Assembly (NCBI GenBank): GCA_963422735.1
Contig: OY730476.1
Span: 2,272,001-2,336,000 of the forward strand
DNA length: 64,000 bases
Direction of reading: 5' to 3'
DNA from: Candidatus Latescibacterota bacterium
Lineage (GTDB): Bacteria; Latescibacterota; UBA2968; UBA8231
The notes below the pieces were generated by a model. That model was not told the origin of the DNA. It was given only the letters and a program-made list of their open reading frames with translations, and ran no database searches. Every line of letters begins with the position of its first letter. The first letter of the stretch is position 1. This document shows, one piece after another, positions 48,020 to 58,019 of this stretch. Position numbers and translations under genes: made by a program.

Positions 48020-49175
48020 TCAATCTCCACTCAACCGGTACACCACATTACCTGTCATACCGGTAAAATAATCTATAATCAGCCAGCACCCCATACAGGC
48101 AAACTGGCCGATGACCAAGCCGATAAAAAATGGCTTGCCTCGGTCGTAGATGTACCCCAAGGCCGTCACCCCGCTCGCCCCCAGCGTCTCGACCCCGAAT
48201 CCGGACACCATGAAATTCCCCGGGTTCATGGGTGCCCGCGTGGTAAAGAACCCCCCTTCCGTCACCATCCGGGTCAGTCCCAGAAAGAGCACAAACGCGA
48301 TGAACAGAACCATGCCTGTCACCCACAGTGCTAGACCCGACATCCACAGCCACCACATCATAAACCCGTTGCCACCCAGGACCAGGAAGACCGCGGTCCG
48401 GTACGACATCACCTCGTCCGTATCTTGCACCGACGCGTCATCCCTGAACGCCTTGCGCACCACCACCCTCAGATGGGAGCGGCCCATCCATAGACCGAAG
48501 AGCACGAAGACAATCATGGCCCCGATATTCTGATGCGCCAGGATAGGCACCGTAACCCACTCCATATGTTCGGTGCTGGAAACCCCCAGAAGGTTGAACG
48601 ACCCTTCCTGAAGCTTGGCCAGCAGGTTAAAACCAGATCCCCAGAGAGATGTCCCGACTCAAAAAATAAGTAAAACCGATGGTTGTAAAGTAGAGACCGG
48701 GTCGAAGTAGAGTGCTGCTGCGGAAAATTGGCAGGAGCGTATAGAGTTCGATCTTCGGAAAGACAGGATAATAGGCGTGCAGGGCCGTGATACTGCCAAT
48801 GGTGAAGGGAATGCCCACTCCAAACTAGAATAAGGCCGAGCGCAAGAGTGGCGGCAGCAAGCGTCCCTTTTCTTGCGCGATCAGGGCTAGGGAGGGCTGC
48901 ATCAGCGGGTAGAGCAAGCGCTCGTGCGTCATCCACTGGCGGCGCAGGATTACCATAGAAGCGATCATGACTAGGTAGAGTGCCAGCAGAAAGGGCAGCC
49001 ACGCCAGTAAAGACGGTAACCAAGCCTTCCAAGGGATGCCACCCGCCCCCTGCGGATTGCCCTCGTAGAAGTTCTTGATGGCCTGCTGATCCTGCACGAT
49101 CAACCAGTCCGGGGTGTAGTGCATAAACAGCTCCGCCCAGCCATTCTCCGGACTGGCATAATACTGGGCACCGCT
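48020..49175 (-). pseudogene. Decayed multi-pass membrane protein (DUF6785/DUF6784-like)
   Basis: Fragments YYASPENGW, FYEG....IPW..W, LRRQW...ERL.YPL, IGFTYF, DEVMSYR, PFFIGL across frames; 5' part replaced by IS982. Confidence 0.6.
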
Positions 49176-49790
49176 ACGTACGTATCCGCGCCCGTGCCAA
49201 GGAGCCTGCACGGCATCTCGTTTATCGACTCGACACCGTTGGCCGTATGCAATCCCCATCGTAATCATCAGCACCGACTCTTTGCCGGGCGGGCGCAACG
49301 GGGCAAAAGCTCGACCGGCTGGTTTTTCGGTTTCAAGCTGCCTCGGGTGTTCAATGATCGAGGCCAATTGCTCAACCTGGCATTAACCCCAGAAAACGTC
49401 AATGATCGGAAACCCGTACTCGGTCTGGTGCGAGACCTGTTTGGCAATCCCTGCTTTCGCAGGGACAACGAGGCTGCATTTCCAAAAAGTTGGGCAACCC
49501 ATTGAGAAAGCTATTCGACCTACTGTTGATTACCAAGCTCCGATCCAACATGAAAAATCAACGCCTGCCGATCTCAGACAAACTCCTGCTGCACAAACGA
49601 TCCTTGATCGAAACCATCATCGATCAACTCAAAAGTATCTCCCCAATTGAACACACCATACATCGCAGCCTGGTCAACTTCAGGGTCAATCTCCTATGTG
49701 GGTTGATTGCCTATTGCCACCAACCTAAAAAACCAGCTCTAAAGATCGATGGACGACTCCAAATCGAGGCCGCTTAACCCGAACTCACGT
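49176..49790 (+). mobile_element. IS982-family transposase remnant (3' half, frameshifted) with right end
   Basis: GISFIDSTPLAVC, RGKSSTGWFFGFKL, N.NDRKPV, KRSLIETIIDQLK, HRS..NF.VN; terminal ttaacccgaactcacgt. Confidence 0.85.
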
Positions 49791-50230
49791 TAATCCTAAA
49801 TACAACAGGTTTAGATCGGTGCGACCGAACTGCCAATGGATCCTATCCAAGACCAACACCTGTTGTTGGCTGGGTCGAACCAGCTTCGATACTACGATCA
49901 ACTGGGTAAACACCACCGGGGATACCTCGCTGCTGAAAAAACGCTGTACGCGTCGATACTGACTTTCAATTTGGGTCCTGCCCGACAGGCTACACGCCAT
50001 TTTCTTCATACTTGATGGAGCGAACGTTAGATCAGCGCACACCAAGCGGCTGACTAGGTCAATACGGTGGTGGGTGAGGGGTATCTTCCCTTATTGTGAG
50101 GGCCTTTTAATTTATTGTACTTATAAGCATGGTGCTGCTCTTGTATGTAGGGTTTATTTGCAATCTTGGCGATTACAAATAAACCTAAATCGGGGCTGCA
50201 CCACAACTTAGATTACTGTCGTGTACTTAG
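49791..50230 (-). mobile_element. IS4-family remnant (left end + N-terminal transposase fragment)
   Basis: SQYRRVQRFF, LVLDR..W.FG...LNLL.LG; terminal ctgtcgtgtacttag; truncated by IS982. Confidence 0.75.
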
Positions 50231-50250
50231 GTCGTTTCCCTCAAATTTGT

Positions 50251-50279
50251 TTGACATCTACTTCTCGAGAGCGTAACTT
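50251..50279 (+). promoter_or_regulatory. Putative sigma70 promoter of the A-B-B-B-TPR operon
   Basis: TTGACA-17 nt-TAACTT. Confidence 0.6.
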
Positions 50280-50383
50280 AGCGCCCTCATCGAGAGGATG
50301 CAGATGCATTATTGCGGGCGATATTGTCGCGATTAAAGTCCGCGTCCGTCTGTATTTTACCCGAAAAAACGAGGCAGTCCAAC

Positions 50384-52513
50384 GTGGGCATAACACAAGC
50401 GAAGAGTTTAAAGTGGCTCGTAGTCGGAGCGGCCTTGTTGATGCTACCAGGACATCTCGCCGCGCAAGAACGCACTACCATCAGTAATTTTCCCGCTACT
50501 TCCTATTATCTGGGCTACACTGAATTCGCCGCCAATACAGATGGCGAGATTCGCATTGCCGCCGGCGGTAAGTACGCCCTGTACCTCAATGGCGATCTGG
50601 TGGGCACTGACGACGATCCGACGACCGTGGAGATGTGGGATGCTTCTTTTAAGCGGCGGGCCAATACCATTGCGGTGGCGGTGGAGTACAGCGGTACGCG
50701 GCCCGAATACGGTTTTTTCTTGGCGATCGATGCAGAGGACGCGCAGTTCGTCAGTTCGCCCACGGATCGCATAACGCCGTGGTTCTGGACGGGTTTCCCG
50801 CTGCCCAACGAAGAAGGAGCCGATTGGACCGAGATCAAGCAGAACAAACTGGCCCAACACGAGGAGGACGGTCTGGAGGTGAGGTGGTTGCCCTCCCAAG
50901 CCGGCAGCCTCGACCCGAGCGATTTCGCCGAATTTGCCGACCTCGACCTGACGCGGGCCCAGAGTCTAGCCGGTTTTCCCGGCGATATGGATCCCAGCAG
51001 GGGCGGTTTGCAGCTACGCTCGCTAGAGGGCGAGAATCTCGCCTTCAACACCTTCTCGGACGAACCCAAGCTCGTTGATGGAAACGTCAACACCCCGGTG
51101 ACGTTCCGCAAAGGGGTCAGCGCCCTGCTGCAGAACGTCGAGATCGATATGGGCCGCCTCTTCCCGGTCAACCGGGTGCGAGTGCTCACCCAGCCGCCGT
51201 CGCGGCTGACCTGGGAGGAACACTCTTTGCGCGGGTACAGCATCTTGGTGAGCAAGGATGGGGTCAGCTTCCTCGATGTGGCGGCGCGCAACCAGATCGC
51301 CGAATTCCAAGAGACCGAGGTCTTATTTCCCACCACGCCGGTGCGCTTTGTACGCCTAGTGGTGACCGAGTTTGCCAACCGCAACTCAAACCCCCGGGTA
51401 GGCGAGATCGAAGTCTTCGGCGAAGGCGTGGTTGAGCAGGGGACGTACCTGTCGCCGCCGCTAGATTTTGGCCTAGAGGACAAAAAGGACTTCGGGCGAG
51501 TGCGCTGGTACGGGGATATCCCGCCCAGAGCCGAGATGGATCTGCGCTTCCGCAGTGGCAGCAACGGGGAGACTTGGAGCGATTGGTCGCCCTGGAGCCG
51601 GGAGCGGGAGATTCTGCCCAATGTTCCCGAACCGCGGCGCTTCTTCCAGTACCAGGTGCGCATGTCGACCGGCGAACTGGCCAGCGGTCCGCGCCTCGAC
51701 AGCCTAGAGGTGTCTTTCAATACGGGCAATTTGGCTGCAGCCGAGGCCCTGGCCGCAGTGGTACCGCTGGAAGTGCCCATTGGCGTAGATACGACCTTCA
51801 CTTATTCGCTCGTGCTCCGCTTTGGCGATGACGACGCGGGAGTGTCGCGTCTGGCCATCCTGACGCCGTGGCCGGCGCGCTTGGACATGGACGGCATAGA
51901 GGGGGTAGACAGAGCCGCCCTTGACGCGGCCAATACTTACGCGACTAACGATTCCCTGATCATAGCCTTTGACCCGCCCATCGGCACCGACGCCGATCTA
52001 CTCATTCCCTTCACCACCCGCATGCTGGCTGCTACCCACAATTTCCAGGGACTGGTTTTCGCCCCTGAGTCCACTTCGCCCTTTTTGGTGCAGCCGCTCG
52101 AGGGCGTTGATCCCGACACTGAACGCGAATATTCGCTGACCGCGGTGACTACTGACTTCAAATTGCCCATTCTCGCCGATGTCGAGGCCCATCCTAGGGT
52201 ATTCACCCCCAACGGCGATGGAATCAATGACGAGGTGGTGCTGGGCTTCACCCTGGCACGCGTCAAGGGGGGCCGAGTCGACATCGAATTGTATGATTTG
52301 GGCGGTAGGTTGGTGCGCACCTTACCCGGCCAGTCGTTGGACGCCGGTCTGTACGCCCCGATCAGGAGTGGGGGGAGGCCGTTGCCGGGCTGCTGGGATG
52401 GACACTCGGACAGCGGGGAATTGTTGCCGCCAGGGCTGTATCTCTATCGCGTCATCGTCGATCTGGACCCCGACGATGAAATTGTCACCGGAGTGGTGGG
52501 ATTGGCCTATTAG
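50384..52513 (+). CDS. Family A exported protein with extra N-terminal beta-sandwich domain
   Basis: Likely GTG start 50384 (ORF track starts 50312); signal peptide; YALYLNG..VG...NTIAVAV; IDMGRLFPVNRV, EIEVFGEG, WSDWSPW, FTPNGDGIND, WDG...PPGLY; ends GLAY. Confidence 0.85.
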   Translation: MGITQAKSLKWLVVGAALLMLPGHLAAQERTTISNFPATSYYLGYTEFAANTDGEIRIAAGGKYALYLNGDLVGTDDDPTTVEMWDASFKRRANTIAVAVEYSGTRPEYGFFLAIDAEDAQFVSSPTDRITPWFWTGFPLPNEEGADWTEIKQNKLAQHEEDGLEVRWLPSQAGSLDPSDFAEFADLDLTRAQSLAGFPGDMDPSRGGLQLRSLEGENLAFNTFSDEPKLVDGNVNTPVTFRKGVSALLQNVEIDMGRLFPVNRVRVLTQPPSRLTWEEHSLRGYSILVSKDGVSFLDVAARNQIAEFQETEVLFPTTPVRFVRLVVTEFANRNSNPRVGEIEVFGEGVVEQGTYLSPPLDFGLEDKKDFGRVRWYGDIPPRAEMDLRFRSGSNGETWSDWSPWSREREILPNVPEPRRFFQYQVRMSTGELASGPRLDSLEVSFNTGNLAAAEALAAVVPLEVPIGVDTTFTYSLVLRFGDDDAGVSRLAILTPWPARLDMDGIEGVDRAALDAANTYATNDSLIIAFDPPIGTDADLLIPFTTRMLAATHNFQGLVFAPESTSPFLVQPLEGVDPDTEREYSLTAVTTDFKLPILADVEAHPRVFTPNGDGINDEVVLGFTLARVKGGRVDIELYDLGGRLVRTLPGQSLDAGLYAPIRSGGRPLPGCWDGHSDSGELLPPGLYLYRVIVDLDPDDEIVTGVVGLAY

Positions 52514-52569
52514 CGGATGTGTTTGGTACAACAGCTATTGGTGCCGCAACTGAGAGATTTGTCGAGCCT

Positions 52570-55224
52570 ATGCGCGCTTTCTCTGTCTTTCTGCTCTGTC
52601 TGATTCTGACCGCCGAGGAGGCTCGCGGTCAGTTCCTGTCGCGGGATTTTCGCTCGCTATGGGCCAACGAGGTATTTGAGAACTACGGCGGGGCCGGGTA
52701 CCGGAACTACGACTTCGAGGAGGAGAACCGCCGCTTTGACCTCTTTGGCGATTTGCTCATCGACGGCGTCGATATCCTCGAATTCAGCGAAGTGCGCCGC
52801 GACGCGCTTGGAGTCAGGGGCAGCTTTGAATCGCGCAGCGGTCGGTACGACGGCTTTTTCAACAAGCTCGTCATGGCCGAAGAGGGCTTTGGCCGCTGGT
52901 CGACGCGCCTGATCATCGGCGACCACGTGCGGACATATTTCACGCCCATGACCCTGAACCTGCCCCGCTTCAACGGCATCCGCTGGGACGGCTCGTCGCG
53001 CAAGAGCAGCTTTAGCGTGGTCGCCGCCCACCTGACCAACCCCCTCGAATTTCGCACTGGTGCCTTGGGCCCCGACGACGCCGTACAGAATTTCCGCGCT
53101 TTCGGCACTTCGCTTTTTGGCGGACATTGGCAGAGCCGCATAGGCGATTTTCTGCGCTTGGGCACGACCTTTGTCAATACGCACCGCTTTGATTCGGAAG
53201 CTTCGGACAAGATCAACGGCTTGAAAGGCGCGGTCCCCGGGCTGGTCCAGGGCGGCTTGAAAACCGTATTTGTCTTCTTTGCCGACGACGCGCCCAACGA
53301 TTCTTTCGAAGGGGCAGAGATCCACCAAGTGGTCATGCGAGCCGACGGCGTCCTAGTCGAGCCGCTGCGGGTGGGGCGTATCGACAAGCTCATCGACAAG
53401 CTCACCATAACGCCGGACCTGACCAGCACGATCCAGATCAAGCCCAACGAAATCGACTATCTGCGGCGCAACCAGTCCTGGCTGCAACCCGTGGTTGAGG
53501 CCAGCAATCGGCCCTTTTTCTCCGCCGTGTTGGAAGACATAGCCCGAGAGGTGCTCCCGCCCACCCGAGGTGCGCCGCTGCGGGCCAGTGGTGCCGATGT
53601 GGTCTTTTACCAATTCGCTGTGCCGGATACGGTCTCTGACATCGAATTTGAGGCCCTCCTAGCCGACGACTACAGCGTTGATGTGGTCGGTGCCGTGCAG
53701 GTGCCCTTCTTGGCCTCGGGCGAGGAAGACTTCTACTACGATTGGCACCACGCTCTGCGGGCGGAGGGTCATCCGAGCAATAGGTCGAATCTGAGCCAGG
53801 TGCGCTTCGGCTACGGTTTTCCTACGGGTTTGAGCATTATGGGTCTGGATTTCGATGTCCAGATCCTTGGCTTTGAGATCAAGGGCGAATTTGCCCGCAG
53901 CACGAACTACCTCAAAATGCCCACAGACCGGGGCAAGCGCCGGGAGCGCGACTCTTCGGTCTTTTACTTCAATGTGCTCAAGTCCCTGCACGACCGGGTC
54001 GACGCCGGCGGCGAGTGGTTCGACATTCCGGAAGACTACAATACGGAATTCCCCATATTCCAGAGTTCGGGCGTGGGGCCGACTGTGGGCGGCAGGCTGT
54101 ACCAGCCTTTTGCCCTGGTCGAGGACAACGACGATCTCGACGATTGGCCCGACGAGTTGGAGCACAACGATCCCTTTGATCCCTACTTCGATTCCCAAGG
54201 CGTGGGCCACGGCGTTTTTCCGGGCTTGGATCTCGACGGCGACGGCATTCTCGATTTTGCGGCCACGGGTTCGGACTCGTCTTTCCTGCAGTACCACGTG
54301 GAGTCACCCGACCTGTCCTTTGGCGACGACTTCAACAACAACGGCATGCCCGACCTCAGGGAGAACGACAATCTCGCGGACTATATGTACCCGCTCGACC
54401 ACCGCGGTTTCCACGCTTTTCTCAGGTATAATCCCACCTCACACGCCCAATTGCGCTTGGGCGCGTACCGGATGGAACAGCCCACCCTGGGGTTGGACAG
54501 CGACGCCGAATACATAGAGGGCCAGTACCAGCGCGACTGGCAGGATCTGGGTTATGTGTGCGCCAACCACCGGATCAAGTGGGTGAAAGACGGCATCCCC
54601 AATACGGTTTTCAACTTTGGCAGCCAGAGTTCGCTGCAGCAGGATCTGCTCGAGAACCGCGATGCAATCGACAATCTGACCTATGTCGAGTGGGGCCTAT
54701 GGACCGTGCCCGGGATGAACATCCGCACTATCGCCACCTTCAAGCATACCGATCTGAGCGACAGAGCTGCGGCCGATCCCCTGCTGGCAGCGCCGGGGAC
54801 CATTACACACTTTGCCATGGCCAACAAGATAGACTACACCTGGAACTGGAAGCGCTTTGAAATTGTGCCGCGCTTTAAGCACACGTACCGGCGCAGCAAA
54901 TTTCCCGATCGCCAGATCCCCGACAGACAGACGCGCCGGCTGATCCCGATTTTGCAAGTCGCCTACAGCATAACGCCCAATACCGTCCTCAAGACGGGCG
55001 TCCAGGGCGTCCCCTTGCTGCCCGAGCGCTCTATTGATCCGGCCAACCCCGAACGCGATTTCCGCAAAAACACCTATACTGGTTTTCTGCAGAACAGGAG
55101 CAATTACAGCGGCTATGACCTCACCATTCTCATGGGATTTTTTCGGACTTTTACCGAATTCTCCGGCTCGTTGCGTCCGTCGACGGGCTATATAGAGTAC
55201 TTTTTAAAGGTGTATATTGGTTGA
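52570..55224 (+). CDS. Family B large exported / putative outer-membrane protein
   Basis: Signal peptide from ATG 52570; IGDHVRTYFTPMTL, DDAPND, YGFPT, VEDNDDLDDWPD, FPGLDLDGDG, DYMYPLDHRG; ends KVYIG. Confidence 0.85.
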   Translation: MRAFSVFLLCLILTAEEARGQFLSRDFRSLWANEVFENYGGAGYRNYDFEEENRRFDLFGDLLIDGVDILEFSEVRRDALGVRGSFESRSGRYDGFFNKLVMAEEGFGRWSTRLIIGDHVRTYFTPMTLNLPRFNGIRWDGSSRKSSFSVVAAHLTNPLEFRTGALGPDDAVQNFRAFGTSLFGGHWQSRIGDFLRLGTTFVNTHRFDSEASDKINGLKGAVPGLVQGGLKTVFVFFADDAPNDSFEGAEIHQVVMRADGVLVEPLRVGRIDKLIDKLTITPDLTSTIQIKPNEIDYLRRNQSWLQPVVEASNRPFFSAVLEDIAREVLPPTRGAPLRASGADVVFYQFAVPDTVSDIEFEALLADDYSVDVVGAVQVPFLASGEEDFYYDWHHALRAEGHPSNRSNLSQVRFGYGFPTGLSIMGLDFDVQILGFEIKGEFARSTNYLKMPTDRGKRRERDSSVFYFNVLKSLHDRVDAGGEWFDIPEDYNTEFPIFQSSGVGPTVGGRLYQPFALVEDNDDLDDWPDELEHNDPFDPYFDSQGVGHGVFPGLDLDGDGILDFAATGSDSSFLQYHVESPDLSFGDDFNNNGMPDLRENDNLADYMYPLDHRGFHAFLRYNPTSHAQLRLGAYRMEQPTLGLDSDAEYIEGQYQRDWQDLGYVCANHRIKWVKDGIPNTVFNFGSQSSLQQDLLENRDAIDNLTYVEWGLWTVPGMNIRTIATFKHTDLSDRAAADPLLAAPGTITHFAMANKIDYTWNWKRFEIVPRFKHTYRRSKFPDRQIPDRQTRRLIPILQVAYSITPNTVLKTGVQGVPLLPERSIDPANPERDFRKNTYTGFLQNRSNYSGYDLTILMGFFRTFTEFSGSLRPSTGYIEYFLKVYIG

Positions 55225-55225
55225 T

Positions 55226-58018
55226 ATGCGCGGCGCGAACCGGCATCTAGCCTTCCTAGCCTTGGCCCTGGCGTACGGCGCGGCAGTGGATGCCCAGTTG
55301 ATCATCCGCAACACCGAGCCGTACCGCAACTATGCGTACGAGGGATACCGGCCGTATGAGAGTCTGGTATTCGGCCGCGATCGCACACCTCAGTTCGACA
55401 ATATGGGGCAGTTCGTGATGAACGGGGTCAATGTCTTTGAACTGCAGGAATTCCGCACCTTGCAGACCACGCCCGGAAGCATCATCGGCAAGGAGCGGCA
55501 GTACGGTGACTTTCTCAATCGCCTGGTCATTGCCAACGACTCGTACAAAGGCGTGGACACCCGCCTGATTGTCGGCGATCGCATCCGCACCAAATTCACT
55601 CCGCTGACCCTCGACTTGGCGGCTATGAACGGGCTCCGGGTGGACAGCAACCTCAAGGACGCCTCGCTGGTGCTGGCTGTATCGCGCGTCGATCGACCCA
55701 TTTTCGAGGCCATCAGAAATGCCGACTTCGTGGTCCACGGCCGCGAGGGTTCGCAGTTCAGGCCGTCGTGGAGTACCTATTTGCTGGGCGCCGACCTGCG
55801 CACCAAGCGGCCGGGCCTAGACCTGGGCGTGAGCTGGGTCAACCAGTACCGCACCGACAGTTTTAAGACTCTTGGCGAGAACAGCTTCAAAGGGACCCTG
55901 CCCACCACCGGGGCTCCCCCCCTATGGCTGGTGTTGCGCGTGGCCGACCAAGACCCCAACGACGCCATCGGCGTACGGGTCCGCAGGACGGCCGTCGCGC
56001 TCAACGGCCGCCGCTTGATGCACGTGCCCGGGCCCTACAACAAACTCGACACGGGCGCGTTGCGGCTCACGGTCACCGAACACCCGGACCGCACCATCAT
56101 TCCGCCGATTTTCCGCGATTCAAGCAACGACCTAGCCATCAACTTTCCACACGTCGAGCCGACCCCGCAGGGAGTTTATGAAACTCGGGGCGAGGGGTCG
56201 CTGCTGTTCTGGTTCGAGGTACCTTCCTCCTTTGTCGACGGGCTCGATACCCTCATCGTCAACAAAGCCGATATAGAGATCGATGTGGCCGGGGATTATC
56301 TGCTCGAATTGTCGGAGATATTCGATGGGGCCTCTTTCAACCCAGCAACATATTTCTACACCGCCGGGCAGGCGCGGGGCAAGCCCGACAACCTCGACAA
56401 TTTTCGCCGAGTGCGAGTGCGCTACGGCCGGGAGACCGGGCGCACCCTAGCTAGCGTACATGCCAATATAGACATCAAGGGGTACTCGCTGCGGACTGAG
56501 TACGTGCGCAATTTCTCGTACCGCGCCTATCCGGCCCTGCTGGGCACCTTGGGCCGGTACCAGCTCGATCAGAGCCAGGCTTGGTTCGCCGTACTGCGGC
56601 GCGATCTCGGGCGCTTCAGTTTGGGCGGCGAAGCCTTTAACATAGACGCAGAGTACACCACCCGCCTGTCCGTGCAGGATGATTCGTACCAGACCTATTT
56701 CCAGTTGATCAACAGCCCCTTCCAGTTCCCAACCAATTTCCAAGAGCCCAGACTGCCGGATTTCCTCGGCCCCAACCGGGCCGACGCCACCCGCACCCTC
56801 GAATTTGATACAGTGGACGACAACGACGACAAAGACCCCTTCCCCGACACCTTTTTCCTGCGTAAAACCACCAGTCTGGAGGGCGGACATTTCATCGAGG
56901 ATCCCGACGGCATCTTCCCTGGACTCGACGCCGATTTGAATGGCCGGCCCGATATCAACGAGAACAACAACCGCATCCCAGACTACTACGAAGCCTTCCT
57001 GCTCTACGAGGTCAATCCCGACGCGTACGACTACGGCGAAGATACCAATAACAACGGCGTCATCGACGATCGCGAAGACGATTTGAAGCCCGATTACCCG
57101 TACGACCAGGACCGACGAGGGCTGCACGGCTTTGGCAGCTACCGGCCGCGTTCGGGCATGAAAGTGACCTTGGGCTACCACCGGACTTGGGCGCCCTTTG
57201 ACGGCGACCAAGCCGAAGTGTACTACGGCCGCTACGAGTACGAACGCCGCCTGCCCTTCCTAGTTGAGATCTACGCCGTCGAGCGGCTCAAGAGGGTGCG
57301 GGACGGGATTGCGGACGAAGTCTTTGGCCTGGGGCGCGATCCCATATACTTCACCCCGGATATAATCCCCTTGCGCCTGCCCACCGAGGAGGAATTGCGC
57401 CATCCGCTGGGCACATCGCGGCTGCTGGTCGATCCACTGCTGATGCGCGATAGTTGGGTCAATACCTTCTATATACGCACCCTCTTCATCCGCGTACCCA
57501 ATCTCAATGTCGAGGTGAGCCTGAAGTCGGAAAATAACTTCCAGCACCGTACGCCCCTCCAGCCGGACAACCGCATCGCCGATCTGGCCACGGTCTTCAA
57601 GGCCGATTATCTGTGGATGCCGTGGAAGCAGTTGCGGGTGATGCTGCAGTTCAAGTGGTTGCGCCAGCGCCTCGGCGACGAGGGCCAGGTACTGCCGATT
57701 GAAGAGGACTTCGTCTATCCCATCTTGCGGATGGAGTACCCGATTTCGAACCGCACCGCCGTGAAGGTGGGTGCCCAGGGGTTGCCTTTCCTCAAGAGCC
57801 TGTACCGCAACAACGCGGCCCCGGGAGTGGATTTCGACGGGGAGGACTACGTGGCCTTGGTGACCAACAAATCCTCGTACACGGGCTACCAGATCAATGT
57901 CGAAGTGGGTTATCAGAAGAGCACACGCAAGTTCAAGGACCGGTCGCGCCACGACCAGGATATCGACTTTTCGCGCGTTTTCCTGCGCATGATCGCCGGC
58001 CTGAGCCCCCTGTTTTGA
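55226..58018 (+). CDS. Family B large exported / putative outer-membrane protein
   Basis: Signal peptide; VGDRIRTKFTPLTL, VDDNDDKDPFPD, FPGLDADLNG, PDYPYDQDRRG; ends MIAGLSPLF. Confidence 0.85.
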   Translation: MRGANRHLAFLALALAYGAAVDAQLIIRNTEPYRNYAYEGYRPYESLVFGRDRTPQFDNMGQFVMNGVNVFELQEFRTLQTTPGSIIGKERQYGDFLNRLVIANDSYKGVDTRLIVGDRIRTKFTPLTLDLAAMNGLRVDSNLKDASLVLAVSRVDRPIFEAIRNADFVVHGREGSQFRPSWSTYLLGADLRTKRPGLDLGVSWVNQYRTDSFKTLGENSFKGTLPTTGAPPLWLVLRVADQDPNDAIGVRVRRTAVALNGRRLMHVPGPYNKLDTGALRLTVTEHPDRTIIPPIFRDSSNDLAINFPHVEPTPQGVYETRGEGSLLFWFEVPSSFVDGLDTLIVNKADIEIDVAGDYLLELSEIFDGASFNPATYFYTAGQARGKPDNLDNFRRVRVRYGRETGRTLASVHANIDIKGYSLRTEYVRNFSYRAYPALLGTLGRYQLDQSQAWFAVLRRDLGRFSLGGEAFNIDAEYTTRLSVQDDSYQTYFQLINSPFQFPTNFQEPRLPDFLGPNRADATRTLEFDTVDDNDDKDPFPDTFFLRKTTSLEGGHFIEDPDGIFPGLDADLNGRPDINENNNRIPDYYEAFLLYEVNPDAYDYGEDTNNNGVIDDREDDLKPDYPYDQDRRGLHGFGSYRPRSGMKVTLGYHRTWAPFDGDQAEVYYGRYEYERRLPFLVEIYAVERLKRVRDGIADEVFGLGRDPIYFTPDIIPLRLPTEEELRHPLGTSRLLVDPLLMRDSWVNTFYIRTLFIRVPNLNVEVSLKSENNFQHRTPLQPDNRIADLATVFKADYLWMPWKQLRVMLQFKWLRQRLGDEGQVLPIEEDFVYPILRMEYPISNRTAVKVGAQGLPFLKSLYRNNAAPGVDFDGEDYVALVTNKSSYTGYQINVEVGYQKSTRKFKDRSRHDQDIDFSRVFLRMIAGLSPLF

Positions 58019-58019
58019 T

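Noticed and set aside
50515-51801. 428-aa minus-strand ORF and similar long antisense ORFs (e.g. 58953..59975, 22438..23451)
   Set aside because: They are shadows of real genes on the opposite strand in GC-rich DNA, with no recognisable motifs.
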